This document shows positions 30,494 to 40,335 of a stretch of DNA of 64,000 bases, piece by piece. The position numbers and the translations under genes were made by a program. Below the pieces are notes generated by a model. The model ran no database searches, was not told the origin of the DNA, and saw only the letters and a list, made by a program, of their open reading frames with translations. Origin of the DNA: a virus. The stretch is taken from the IMG/VR virus record IMGVR_UViG_3300030060_007423, positions 64,001 through 128,000 of that record; one strand, written 5' to 3'. The number at the start of each line of letters is the position of its first letter. The first letter of the stretch is position 1.

Positions 30494-31209
30494 AAAATAT
30501 AGCAATTATAGGATTAGGCGAAATAGGTTCATCTCTTTATGAAGTTTATAAGGCCAAAGGTATTATACCACAGACACGTGATGTAGATGGAGATATAACT
30601 GGCGATATAGATATTTTAGATATTTGTATTCCAGGACAATTACCAGATTTTGTTGATGTGGTTAATAATTATGTTGAACAATATAATGCAAAGATTGTAA
30701 TTATTCATTCAACAGTACCTGTAGGTACAACTGAAAAAATAAAAAATGCTGTACATTCTCCAGTTAGAGGTGTACACCCAAACCTTAAACAAGGTATTGA
30801 AACATTTTACAAATTTATAGGTCATAATGATTATTCGTTGGGCGAACAAGTTGCTGAACACTACAAGTCTTTAGGTATAAATTATGCTCTTTGGCCAGAT
30901 TCAAAGTCAACTGAATTAGCAAAGCTTTTGAGTACAACATATTATGGACTTTGTATTGCTTGGCATGGTGAAATGAATAAGATGTGTGAAAAGTATGGTG
31001 TAGGAATGGATACTATAGATGAATGGACAGAAACATACAATGAAGGTTATAAAGATCTTGACATGCCTCATGTTGTAAGACCTCAATTGTATGCACCAGG
31101 AAAAGGTGGAATTGGTGGCCATTGTGTAATATCAAATGTTGATATTTTAAGTAAAGATAATAATTCATTAGCATTGGATTTAATTAAAAAGTATAGACCT
31201 AAAAAATGA
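30490..31209 (+). CDS. short UDP-glucose/GDP-mannose dehydrogenase-family protein
   Basis: GLGEIG, STVPVGTT, ELAK, GIGGHCV; lacks C-terminal domain. Confidence 0.78.
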   Translation: MKNIAIIGLGEIGSSLYEVYKAKGIIPQTRDVDGDITGDIDILDICIPGQLPDFVDVVNNYVEQYNAKIVIIHSTVPVGTTEKIKNAVHSPVRGVHPNLKQGIETFYKFIGHNDYSLGEQVAEHYKSLGINYALWPDSKSTELAKLLSTTYYGLCIAWHGEMNKMCEKYGVGMDTIDEWTETYNEGYKDLDMPHVVRPQLYAPGKGGIGGHCVISNVDILSKDNNSLALDLIKKYRPKK

Positions 31210-31430
31210 CAGAGTATTTTTTAATATATGATAATGATGAACCAATTAGTTTAGGTACTGATAATAGTTTTGGTGTATTTTGGGGTGAGCAAGGAATAAC
31301 AGCTTTAATGCAAATGGTAGACAAGCACCCAGATGAATTACATAAAGTTGTTATAAAAACTGACAAAGGTAAAAAAATGAGTGTATCTGAGTTTTTATCA
31401 GCAATTGCTGAACTTAAAGTAAGAGTTTAA
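31206..31430 (+). CDS. hypothetical protein
   Basis: 74 aa, ATGA-coupled. Confidence 0.65.
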   Translation: MTEYFLIYDNDEPISLGTDNSFGVFWGEQGITALMQMVDKHPDELHKVVIKTDKGKKMSVSEFLSAIAELKVRV

Positions 31431-31457
31431 CCATTAATTTATATATTTATATATGAT

Positions 31458-31727
31458 ATGTCAACAAAGAAGAATAAGATGAAATACGGAAGTTACTTAA
31501 GTAAAGTTGGATACTTAGACATTAGGCAAAAGTTTACATTACCAAGAAAGGTAAAGAACAGGTCTACTGGAGAAATATCTACAACTGGTGGTACTACAAA
31601 CATTTGTATATTTCACGGTAAGCATGCTCTTGAAGAAAATTTGAAAAGCAAGCAACATGCAGAAAAACGTGCCTTGGAATTAATAAAAAATGGTGTGAAG
31701 TATAATAAACATGATAAGCGGAAATAA
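31458..31727 (+). CDS. basic hypothetical protein
   Basis: ORF after TATATTTAT motif. Confidence 0.65.
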   Translation: MSTKKNKMKYGSYLSKVGYLDIRQKFTLPRKVKNRSTGEISTTGGTTNICIFHGKHALEENLKSKQHAEKRALELIKNGVKYNKHDKRK

Positions 31728-31893
31728 CATAGGAAATCGTGTAAAGGTTTCTACAGTAGTTACTACTGACAAGGGAGCATTATATCCTAAAGATATATTA
31801 AAAGTTGAAAATGTTGTAAATGGCAAAGTTTTAGTCTCTACACTATCAGGTGTGCAACATTGGATAGATAAAACCCTTGTAAATCTTATTTAA
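31711..31893 (+). CDS. small beta-rich (SH3/KOW-like) hypothetical protein
   Basis: IGNRVKV…LKVENV…VLV pattern. Confidence 0.5.
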   Translation: MISGNNIGNRVKVSTVVTTDKGALYPKDILKVENVVNGKVLVSTLSGVQHWIDKTLVNLI

Positions 31894-31952
31894 TACCAGT
31901 GAATTGATATTTATTTTAGTATAATAATATATGTTTTTAGGAGAGCAAAAAA

Positions 31953-32558
31953 ATGAATATCACAAGAGAACAGGTAGAGGCGGCTGTAAAAGCAAAGGGC
32001 TACAGATGGTTTGAGAATGGCGACTATAATGTCAACATTGTTGGAATCAGAAATTCTGAAACGGGTAACACAGTTACAAACAAATTTGATGACAAAATAA
32101 CAATATCATTCAAGTGCGATGGCGAATGGGAATTTTATTGTTATGATTGTACAACAGACCCAGGAACACATTGGGTAGAAAACATAATGAGAAAGGAAGG
32201 AGTTGCTGTATTAAAACCAGGGCAATATCCAGGTTCTCATAAAATCAGATTACATCAGGGAAGATATGAAGCATTGGGACAAACAAAAAATGTCACAGTG
32301 TATCGTGATAATAATCGTGATGACAAGTATGACTTAGATGACAATAATACACAAACAGGATTATTTGGAATCAACATTCACAGAGCTACAAAATGGGGTG
32401 GAAGAAAATCTAGCCAAGTAGATAAGTGGAGTGCAGGTTGCCAAGTAATTGCTGCTAATGATGATTGGCATGAATTTTTAGATATATGTAGAGTTGCACG
32501 TGACAAATGGAGCAATAGTTTTACATATACGTTAATTGAATCAAAAGACATAGTATAA
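31953..32558 (+). CDS. putative endolysin / L,D-transpeptidase-like Cys protease
   Basis: GINIH…WSAGCQV matches the YkuD-type H…S.GC catalytic pattern; AGGAG RBS. Confidence 0.6.
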   Translation: MNITREQVEAAVKAKGYRWFENGDYNVNIVGIRNSETGNTVTNKFDDKITISFKCDGEWEFYCYDCTTDPGTHWVENIMRKEGVAVLKPGQYPGSHKIRLHQGRYEALGQTKNVTVYRDNNRDDKYDLDDNNTQTGLFGINIHRATKWGGRKSSQVDKWSAGCQVIAANDDWHEFLDICRVARDKWSNSFTYTLIESKDIV

Positions 32559-32905
32559 TGAAATTACAAGATATACTTACAGAAAAGAACAAGGGACTCT
32601 GGGCAAACATCCATGCTAAAAAGAAGCGTGGTGAAAAGTCAGACCCTCGTTCTAAATCTTACCAAGACGCAAAAAAAGCTGGTGAGAAACTTGCAAAACA
32701 AAATGAAGAACTAACAGAAGCTGAAATGGACAAACAATTTGCAAAAGAATTTGAGTCCAACTGTAAAGCATTTATTAATCATATAAAACACGAACTAAAA
32801 ACAGCTGAAAGTTCTGATGCGATGGTACTAAGAAAAATGCTAAAAGCTTTACTAGTAGTTTCAGGCTATCCAAAATTAATGTCTAGAATCGTAGGAGAGA
32901 AATAA
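32558..32905 (+). CDS. putative internal virion protein (N-terminal MKLQDILTE)
   Basis: Shared N-terminal motif; GLWANIHAK module; internal ELTE. Confidence 0.6.
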   Translation: MKLQDILTEKNKGLWANIHAKKKRGEKSDPRSKSYQDAKKAGEKLAKQNEELTEAEMDKQFAKEFESNCKAFINHIKHELKTAESSDAMVLRKMLKALLVVSGYPKLMSRIVGEK

Positions 32906-33144
32906 TGAAATTAAAAACAATAATATCACAAAAAGCTTTTGCACCTGAAAAGGAAACAAATGAAGCGGCACCTAAAATGAGAAAGAACCCAGAGGCTGAA
33001 AAAATTGACAAAATATATAAGGCAGCATACCTTCTAAAAAAAGGTGGTTCCGGTAATAGATACGCAAAAGAATTTGAAAAGGCTAAAAAGAAAGCACTTA
33101 AAGCTTTAGCAGAAATGCACCAATACGCTAAGATAGGGGTATAA
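32905..33144 (+). CDS. putative internal virion protein (MKLKTIISQ)
   Basis: Variant N-terminal motif; Lys-rich. Confidence 0.55.
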   Translation: MKLKTIISQKAFAPEKETNEAAPKMRKNPEAEKIDKIYKAAYLLKKGGSGNRYAKEFEKAKKKALKALAEMHQYAKIGV

Positions 33145-33146
33145 TC

Positions 33147-33623
33147 ATGAAATTGAAAAACATTATAAATGAAATTTCTACAAAGGCTGGACTTAATGAT
33201 GTAATCAAAGGAAGAACAACTTCTATTGAAGGAATTAAAATGTCAAAAGAAATGGCAGAAAATTTAATGTATTGGATTACAACTTCTCCTTATGGTAGAA
33301 AATATGGTAAGCATATCTTAAAGGGTAGAATTGCTTCATTGATTGGACCAGCTAATGCAATGGGATTTGGTGATAGACTTAAAGGAAAATTAAAAGGCGA
33401 ATGGAAAGCTATTGTTGCAAAGCATGGACCTAAGAGAGAATCTGTTAATGAAAGATTAAGTCTTGCAAATGCAAAAAGAATGGATGGACTTCATAATATG
33501 AAAGCAATGAAACAAGTCATTATTGGTGCAAAGGTAATACAGAAAGATTTGTATGATGAAGGATTTGAAAATGATGAAATTCTAGAATTTTTAATGGATA
33601 GAATTAGACGAGCTGCATTTTAA
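33147..33623 (+). CDS. putative internal virion protein (MKLKNIINE; internal ESVNE)
   Basis: Shared motifs. Confidence 0.6.
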   Translation: MKLKNIINEISTKAGLNDVIKGRTTSIEGIKMSKEMAENLMYWITTSPYGRKYGKHILKGRIASLIGPANAMGFGDRLKGKLKGEWKAIVAKHGPKRESVNERLSLANAKRMDGLHNMKAMKQVIIGAKVIQKDLYDEGFENDEILEFLMDRIRRAAF

Positions 33624-34012
33624 TGGATAAGTATATCTACAGGGCAAAATTAGATAGGGTAGTTGATGGTGATACTATTGATGCTCTTATCGATGTAGGT
33701 TTTGATATATGGGTTAAGAAAAGAATCAGATATATGGGAATTGATACTTGGGAAAGTAGAACTCGAGACCTGGATGAAAAGAAAAAAGGATTAGCTGCAA
33801 AGGCTAGAAATAAACAACTATTAGATGAAGTATCCAGTAAGCCTGGATACTTTAGATTAAAATCTTACGGAGTTGGTAAATATGGTAGAGTACTTGGTGA
33901 GATTTTTATAATGGACAGTGAAGGTAAGCAATATAATATAAATGAACAACTTAAAGCCGAGGGACATGCTTACGAGTATCACGGCGGCAAAAAACAAGTA
34001 TTCAAAGGATAA
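33623..34012 (+). CDS. thermonuclease (SNase) family protein
   Basis: VVDGDTID, R..GIDT.E, GKYGR.LG, EGHA. Confidence 0.9.
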   Translation: MDKYIYRAKLDRVVDGDTIDALIDVGFDIWVKKRIRYMGIDTWESRTRDLDEKKKGLAAKARNKQLLDEVSSKPGYFRLKSYGVGKYGRVLGEIFIMDSEGKQYNINEQLKAEGHAYEYHGGKKQVFKG

Positions 34013-34017
34013 AAGAA

Positions 34018-34332
34018 ATGGCAAAAAAAGTAAAAAAGGCTGTAAAGAAAACAGCAAAGAAAGTTGTAAAAAAAGTTTTAGATTCAACAACTATCGATGA
34101 AAAAATTATTGAAAACATAGACAAGAATAGAAGTCTATATAATTTAATCTTATGTTACATTAAATGTTATGGTGGCTATTTATTGGCAGTAGGTGCTGGA
34201 TGTACTTATGGTGCAAACATTTGGTGGGGATTAGCATTAACCGTTGGTGCAGGTGCATGGGCATATTGGCAAGTATGTAAATGTAAAGCTTGTAAAACAA
34301 ATATGCCAGGTGGTACTTGTTGTAATGAATAA
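34018..34332 (+). CDS. membrane protein with basic N-terminus and Cys-rich C-terminus
   Basis: KKxxKK repeats, two hydrophobic segments, CKCKAC…CC. Confidence 0.6.
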   Translation: MAKKVKKAVKKTAKKVVKKVLDSTTIDEKIIENIDKNRSLYNLILCYIKCYGGYLLAVGAGCTYGANIWWGLALTVGAGAWAYWQVCKCKACKTNMPGGTCCNE

Positions 34333-34564
34333 GTTAGTATTAATATTTATGATACTGACATTGAGTTCATGTATGGTATCACAGAAAGCATACGATACAA
34401 AATGTGCAGAATATGATGCACAAATAGTTGAGCTTGAAAGTAAAGCTCGTGGCATGGAAATGAAAGAACAACTTTTAAGAGAAAAATTGCATAATGTAAT
34501 TACAGAACTTAAAAAATTAAAAGATCCAAACAACCAGCCACCACACGACCCAGCAAACGACTAG
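34325..34564 (+). CDS. coiled-coil lipoprotein
   Basis: MNKLVLIFMILTLSS-C lipobox (ATG 34325), then coiled coil. Confidence 0.65.
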   Translation: MNKLVLIFMILTLSSCMVSQKAYDTKCAEYDAQIVELESKARGMEMKEQLLREKLHNVITELKKLKDPNNQPPHDPAND

Positions 34565-34573
34565 GAGAAAAAA

Positions 34574-34879
34574 ATGATTAAATTGTCTAAAATATTAAAT
34601 GAAGATGGCTATAAAGGATTATTAGATGATATTCCTGGAGCAAAAGTATACACTGCATCTGGTGGTGGAACTGCTGAAACACAATCAACCAAAAAGATTT
34701 GGGATGATGGAACACCTGTTCTTAAGTATATTGCAAGAGCACCTAAAAAGACAATTAAGTTACCTAGAAAGTTTAAGGTTGTTGATGATACAAAATATGG
34801 CTGGTGGTACTTTCAGATTGGAAATGTTTGGCATGGAATTGACAAAGACAAATACGGAACACCACCGTTTGAATATTAA
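34574..34879 (+). CDS. putative internal virion protein (MIKLSKILNE)
   Basis: Shared N-terminal motif; AGGAG RBS. Confidence 0.6.
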   Translation: MIKLSKILNEDGYKGLLDDIPGAKVYTASGGGTAETQSTKKIWDDGTPVLKYIARAPKKTIKLPRKFKVVDDTKYGWWYFQIGNVWHGIDKDKYGTPPFEY

Positions 34880-34895
34880 ATAAAGGAGAATTGTT

Positions 34896-35045
34896 ATGAT
34901 AAATTGGATAAACGGCTTTGATGCCGGAAATAAAAAAGAAAAGTACTACATTGAATTTAGAGTAGGTACTTTTACAGTATTAGAAATGAAGTGGGAATCT
35001 AAGAAATTTAGATTTATGATATTTAATTTGGGATTTGAAATATGA
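34896..35045 (+). CDS. small hypothetical protein (49 aa)
   Basis: AAGGAG RBS, MINWINGF…GFEI; ATGA overlap with next gene. Confidence 0.65.
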   Translation: MINWINGFDAGNKKEKYYIEFRVGTFTVLEMKWESKKFRFMIFNLGFEI

Positions 35046-38000
35046 AAAAGTTATTATTTTTATTGCTATTATTACCATCGGTTATATTAGCACAAAACAG
35101 TTGGATAAACATACAATTATTAACAGATGACTATCCAGAAGAAACTTCTTGGACTATAACACCTCCAGGTGGTTCTCCAATTATTGCTCAGTCTGATTCT
35201 ATAATGACAGACTTAACATTATATGATACAACAATTGCTGTAGGTGGAACTATAGTTGTTAATTTATACGACGAGTATGGAGATGGTTTAGGTGGATTTA
35301 ATGGTTCACCAGAAGGTTGGTTTTTAATTCAAAATGATTGTCAAGATACATTATTATATGTGGCAGGAGATTTTGGAGCTTTATATACTGACACTTTAAC
35401 AATAGCACCTTGTGCACCTCCAGTATCTGGATGTACTGATGTAAATGCTACCAATTATGATTCACTCGCCACAGCCGATGATGGTTCTTGTACCTATCCT
35501 CCATGTGGCGGTTTAGTTTTTAGTAATGCATATCAACAATGTCAACCAAATGGTCAAGCATTGGCTATATTTGAATGGGAAACAGATGCATACAATCCAA
35601 CTTGTGAAGTAGTCAAAGTATGGATTAGCAATGAAAACGGTTTAGGACCATTACAGTTTCCAGGTTCATGGCCATCAGGAGGACCTCATAACTTTGCATT
35701 TAATGCAGGTCCAGGACAAATGCCACCAAATTGGTCAGAAGAGTTTTATTGTCAAGTAGAATTTGCAGATGGTTCATTATCAGATACTATTGCATACACA
35801 CCAACACCATGTATTCCAGGTTGTACTGACCCAACACAAATAGCATATAATCCTTGGGCTACAATAGATGATGGTTCATGTAGTGGAACAACTTGTGACA
35901 CAAATACACAATATCAAATATCCATTTCAATAACATTAGATAATTGGCCAGGTGAAACAAGCTGGCAATTTGTTGATGGTTTAGGTAATACATTTGACTA
36001 TCCAGTAGGAACATATGATTTTAATGATATAGGACAAACTTATACTTACGCATTCTGTGTAGACCAAAATGCAGCTTTTGAAATGATTATCAATGATGAT
36101 TATGGTGATGGTATGGCTGGTTCAACATCAGGTGGAACAATGGATGGTGAAATTTTTATATATGATTGTTCAGGAGATACTATTTGGTATATGGACAATC
36201 CTGGTTTTGGAACTGTATTATATTCAGGTCCACAAACAGCAACACCTTGTCCTACTATTCCAGTAATAGACGGATGTACAGATGATGATTATGTTGAGTT
36301 TAATCCTCAAGCAAATAATGATGATGGTAGTTGCTTAACATTACATACTTACGGTTGTACAGACCCAGCAGCGTTTAACTATGATCCTTCAGCAACTATG
36401 ATGGACTTAACACCAGATTGTAATTACGAACTATGGATTGGAGATGCTGGCGGTGATGGTTGGGGTAATTCATTTATAGGTGTATATCAAAATGGTATTA
36501 ATCTTGGAACATATACAATGGGACCAGGTAATTATCAACAAACCTTTAATGTAATTTTAGACCCAGGAGTTCCAGTAGAAGTATTTTATTTTGAAGTAGG
36601 TGGACCACAACAACCACCAGAAGAGGTACAATTTCAAACTTGGCATAATTCATTTAAGTTAACAAATGCAGATGGTGTTGAACTAATGTATGAAGGACAG
36701 AATCCATTTGCAAATAATGGTCAAGGAGCACTTCAAGGATTTGGAGCACCATTCTTTACAAAATATGTAGCAGTTCCATTTTGTGGAAATACTTGTATTC
36801 CAACAGTATTGGGTTGTATGGACTCATTATCTGTAAACTTTGACCCAAATGCAAATGTAGATGATGGTTCTTGTATTCCTGAAATTTTAGGATGTACTAA
36901 CCTTTTAGCATTTAACTATGACCCAAATGCAACTTTGGATGATGGTTCATGTATTCCAGTTGTAAATGGATGTATGGATTCATTGGCATATAATTTTAAT
37001 CCTTTAGCTAATACACCAGATGGAAGTTGTGTATTTTTAGGATGTACAGATAATTTAGCTTGTAATTATGATGCAATTGCAAATGTAGATAATGGAGGTT
37101 GTACTTACCCAGCTCAATATTACGATTGTTATGGAGCATGTATAAATGATACTGATGGTGATGGTGTTTGTGATGAGTTGGAAGTTTTAGGATGTACGGA
37201 TCCATTATCAACTAATTTTAATCCTGCAGCTACAGATGACGATGGTACTTGTATACCAATTATTTATGGATGTACTGACCCAACAATGTATAACTATAGT
37301 GTAACTGCTAATACAGATGATGGTAGTTGTGTACCGTACATTTATGGATGTACTGACCCAACAATGTTTAATTATGATGTAACTGCAAACACTGACGATG
37401 GTACATGTATACCTATTGTTATTGGTTGTATGGATGTAACTATGTGGAACTATGATCCTTTAGCTAACACATCATCAGGAAATTGTATTCCATTCATATA
37501 TGGTTGTATGGACCCAACGATGTTTAATTATGATCCGTTGGCGAATACAGATAATGGTACATGTGAGCCATTTGTTTATGGATGTACTGACCAAACTGCA
37601 CTTAACTTTAACCCATTAGCAAATACTTTAGATAATAGTTGTTGTTATATTGCAGGATGTACTGACGCATCAGCACTTAATTATGATCCAGACGCATGTT
37701 ATGATGACAATTCATGTATAACAATTGTAACAGGTTGTACTGATGTAACGGCTTACAACTATAACCCAGCTGCAAATGTTTCAGATTCAAGTTGTTTATA
37801 TGATGCAGGTTGTTATGGTGGACCAGGAGTTCCATATTGGTTGAATGATGGATGTTATGCTTGGGTAATTGATGTTGATGATTATTGTTGTACAAATGAT
37901 TGGGATGTAAACTGTCAATCAATGTATGATTATTGTGAACAAGGTTGGCCAGTGTCAACTGAAGAATTATCTGGTTCAGGTACAATATTGGTATATCCAA

Positions 38001-38191
38001 ACCCAACGCCAGATGTATTAAATATTGATACACGATTAGATGTTGAAGTTGAATTATATGATATGATGGGAAGAAAACTTATCGTAACAACTGATAAGAG
38101 AATAGACATATCTAAATTTGATTCTGGAGTATACAACATGATAATTATATACGACAACCTTAGATTTAGTAAAAGGGTAATAAAACAGTAA
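35042..38191 (+). CDS. large secreted Cys/Asp-rich repeat protein with T9SS type A C-terminal sorting domain
   Basis: Sec signal (…VILA|Q), 16 GC(T/M)D…N(Y/F)…DDG.C repeats, C-terminal VYPNP…LYDMMG…ID…SGVY…K. Confidence 0.88.
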   Translation: MKKLLFLLLLLPSVILAQNSWINIQLLTDDYPEETSWTITPPGGSPIIAQSDSIMTDLTLYDTTIAVGGTIVVNLYDEYGDGLGGFNGSPEGWFLIQNDCQDTLLYVAGDFGALYTDTLTIAPCAPPVSGCTDVNATNYDSLATADDGSCTYPPCGGLVFSNAYQQCQPNGQALAIFEWETDAYNPTCEVVKVWISNENGLGPLQFPGSWPSGGPHNFAFNAGPGQMPPNWSEEFYCQVEFADGSLSDTIAYTPTPCIPGCTDPTQIAYNPWATIDDGSCSGTTCDTNTQYQISISITLDNWPGETSWQFVDGLGNTFDYPVGTYDFNDIGQTYTYAFCVDQNAAFEMIINDDYGDGMAGSTSGGTMDGEIFIYDCSGDTIWYMDNPGFGTVLYSGPQTATPCPTIPVIDGCTDDDYVEFNPQANNDDGSCLTLHTYGCTDPAAFNYDPSATMMDLTPDCNYELWIGDAGGDGWGNSFIGVYQNGINLGTYTMGPGNYQQTFNVILDPGVPVEVFYFEVGGPQQPPEEVQFQTWHNSFKLTNADGVELMYEGQNPFANNGQGALQGFGAPFFTKYVAVPFCGNTCIPTVLGCMDSLSVNFDPNANVDDGSCIPEILGCTNLLAFNYDPNATLDDGSCIPVVNGCMDSLAYNFNPLANTPDGSCVFLGCTDNLACNYDAIANVDNGGCTYPAQYYDCYGACINDTDGDGVCDELEVLGCTDPLSTNFNPAATDDDGTCIPIIYGCTDPTMYNYSVTANTDDGSCVPYIYGCTDPTMFNYDVTANTDDGTCIPIVIGCMDVTMWNYDPLANTSSGNCIPFIYGCMDPTMFNYDPLANTDNGTCEPFVYGCTDQTALNFNPLANTLDNSCCYIAGCTDASALNYDPDACYDDNSCITIVTGCTDVTAYNYNPAANVSDSSCLYDAGCYGGPGVPYWLNDGCYAWVIDVDDYCCTNDWDVNCQSMYDYCEQGWPVSTEELSGSGTILVYPNPTPDVLNIDTRLDVEVELYDMMGRKLIVTTDKRIDISKFDSGVYNMIIIYDNLRFSKRVIKQ
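36812..37797 (+). repeat. tandem ~26-aa (78-bp) GCTD repeats, 12 units
   Basis: Repeated ggatgtactgaccc…gatggt..ttgt units within the 35042 gene. Confidence 0.85.
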
Positions 38192-38601
38192 TGAAAAAAT
38201 TTATTAATTGGCATAAGCTTACTATAGGTAAATTACAAAATATCTTGAGAATAGATTCATATCAAACTTTATGGATAAGTTTTGTTAAGGGATTATTTAT
38301 AGGGTATTTACTATGTATGCTTACAAGTTGTGCACTAACATATGAAGCACCACATAAATGCGAATTAATGCTAAGAGGTGAACCTTGCTTAACCAGCCAT
38401 GTATGCTGTAATCCACCTCAGACATATCATTATGAAACATATCCAAATTACTATAATTGGTGGTGGCTAACACGACCAAAGCATACTACTAATTATGTAA
38501 TTGTAAAACCAAATAATAAACCTACATATAATGGTCATAGACCAAATTGGAATAATAAGCCTAATAATAAGCCTAATAAAAATAGGAGTAAAAGAAAATG
38601 A
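38191..38601 (+). CDS. membrane/lipoprotein with Asn-Lys-Pro low-complexity tail
   Basis: TM followed by LTSC; NNKP repeats. Confidence 0.6.
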   Translation: MKKFINWHKLTIGKLQNILRIDSYQTLWISFVKGLFIGYLLCMLTSCALTYEAPHKCELMLRGEPCLTSHVCCNPPQTYHYETYPNYYNWWWLTRPKHTTNYVIVKPNNKPTYNGHRPNWNNKPNNKPNKNRSKRK

Positions 38602-39677
38602 AAAAGTTACTAATCATACTATGTATGTTACCAGCATTTATGTTTGGTCAAGAAGTTAAAGACAACAAGTTTGAAAAAATACAGAAAAGTCTTAAAAAGA
38701 CATTTAAGTTTGCAACATTTTATGGAGCTGTGAACGGTGGTAATTCAGTATCAGATGTAGATGTATTTAGTGTTACAAACGGATTACAAACAAATACAAT
38801 CCAAACTCCTTTTGATTATTCACTTACAGCTGGTGTAAGAAAGATTGCTAGGTTAGGCTACGAAAATAGAGCTAACACATTTTATAATGGTACCGAGAAT
38901 AGTTTTAGTGATGCTGCAACAATTGGTAGGGTTAGTGGCTTTGAATTTCTATTTGAGGCTGACTACAGAAGACAACAAGGTCAAAACTTTTTAGACCAAA
39001 ACCACTTTTTAAGATATGTTGCAGATAGATATATTGTTAAAGTAGAGTATTTACAAGATGGTTTTGCTGATATACAATATTTTGAAGCTTCACAGAGATT
39101 TAGACAAAAAGTAGGAAACAAATTATCATTTAATATTGGTGCAGTACAAAGATTGTCTGAACCTTATGGATATGACCCATTAGAGGAATGGATGTTATCA
39201 AATGGTAATTTACATTATACATCCCTTGCTATTCAAGAAGGATATACAGTTCAATTTGATGGTCAAGGTGGTGAAACATATTATAACCCATCAGGACAAG
39301 TAGTTGCGGAAAATACACAAATATGGGAAGGTGTTGTTATACCTACTGTATTGTCAGATTATACAGAAAAGAAGAGAAATCAACTAGACCAAACATTCCA
39401 ATACTCAGTAGTTGTTGGTTTTGATTTCTATCATTTTACAAAAGAATTTTGGTTACATTCATGGGGTAATGTAATGCCATATCATTATGATGATGGTGGT
39501 GAATTTAGTTATCATGAATATAATGGTGGACAATGGGTAGACTATTCAGGTGGTCTTATATTTGGATATTATGTTATACCAAAAAAATTAGGGTTATTTG
39601 TTGAAGGAAAATACAATAAGTACTGGAATCGTAATTGGCATGATTTCAGCTTTGGACTTAACTACGTAATATTTTAG
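38598..39677 (+). CDS. putative outer-membrane beta-barrel protein
   Basis: Signal peptide (…FMFG|Q), alternating aromatic strands, C-terminal FGLNYVIF beta-signal. Confidence 0.7.
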   Translation: MKKLLIILCMLPAFMFGQEVKDNKFEKIQKSLKKTFKFATFYGAVNGGNSVSDVDVFSVTNGLQTNTIQTPFDYSLTAGVRKIARLGYENRANTFYNGTENSFSDAATIGRVSGFEFLFEADYRRQQGQNFLDQNHFLRYVADRYIVKVEYLQDGFADIQYFEASQRFRQKVGNKLSFNIGAVQRLSEPYGYDPLEEWMLSNGNLHYTSLAIQEGYTVQFDGQGGETYYNPSGQVVAENTQIWEGVVIPTVLSDYTEKKRNQLDQTFQYSVVVGFDFYHFTKEFWLHSWGNVMPYHYDDGGEFSYHEYNGGQWVDYSGGLIFGYYVIPKKLGLFVEGKYNKYWNRNWHDFSFGLNYVIF

Positions 39678-39687
39678 GAGTTTACAA

Positions 39688-39978
39688 ATGGCAAAGGAAT
39701 TAAATGAAGATTCAGGTTTTAAGGTTAGTATAAAAACTTTAATAGCAATTGGATTCGCAATGGCAACAATCATAGGGATGTGGTTTGCTCTTCAAGCAGA
39801 TATTGAAGAGGCAAAAGAATTACCAGTTCCACCACCACCTGATGTTACCAGGATGGAATTTGATATGAAAGATAAGAACATACGTCTAACTATCGAGAAT
39901 ACTCAAGAAGATGTTGAAGAAATAAAAGAAGATTTGGATAGGATTGAAGAAAAAATTGACGAATTAAACAGGAGATAA
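39688..39978 (+). CDS. single-TM coiled-coil protein
   Basis: TM, PPPP linker, acidic coiled coil. Confidence 0.7.
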   Translation: MAKELNEDSGFKVSIKTLIAIGFAMATIIGMWFALQADIEEAKELPVPPPPDVTRMEFDMKDKNIRLTIENTQEDVEEIKEDLDRIEEKIDELNRR

Positions 39979-39981
39979 GTT

Positions 39982-40335
39982 ATGAAATTTATTAAATTGA
40001 TTATAGTTATGTTTATGATGTTACCACTTATTAGTTTTGGCCAAACGTTAAAGCTTGGTAGTGGTGTACAAGTAGTTCACTTCAACGCAAATTGGAATTC
40101 AGCAAATGATGTTAAGTGGGTTAAAGGTTTAAGTGACTGTAAAATAAAATCATGTGATATAGCTACAGATACTAAAGCACAAAATAAATGGGAAATAGTA
40201 GTTGTACCAACAATTATAATTTTTAATGATGGAGAAGAGGTTAAAAGATTTCAAGCAGATATATCTTTTGCCATGAAGGCAACCCAAGAGGAGGTTCAGG
40301 AAAAAATAGATGAAATATTAATGGAGGGATTCTAA
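39982..40335 (+). CDS. exported thioredoxin-fold protein lacking CxxC
   Basis: Signal peptide; VHFNANWN in place of WCxxC; VPTIIIF.DGEEV.R. Confidence 0.75.
   Translation: MKFIKLIIVMFMMLPLISFGQTLKLGSGVQVVHFNANWNSANDVKWVKGLSDCKIKSCDIATDTKAQNKWEIVVVPTIIIFNDGEEVKRFQADISFAMKATQEEVQEKIDEILMEGF

Noticed and set aside
7128-31209. Bacterial chromosome capsule/LPS locus
   Set aside because: It is embedded among phage genes, uses phage promoter motifs, and lacks wzx/wzy/ABC export and housekeeping context.
36812-37797. 78-bp periodic repeats as a CRISPR array or DGR
   Set aside because: They are degenerate in-frame coding repeats with synonymous variation; there is no repeat-spacer structure and no reverse transcriptase.
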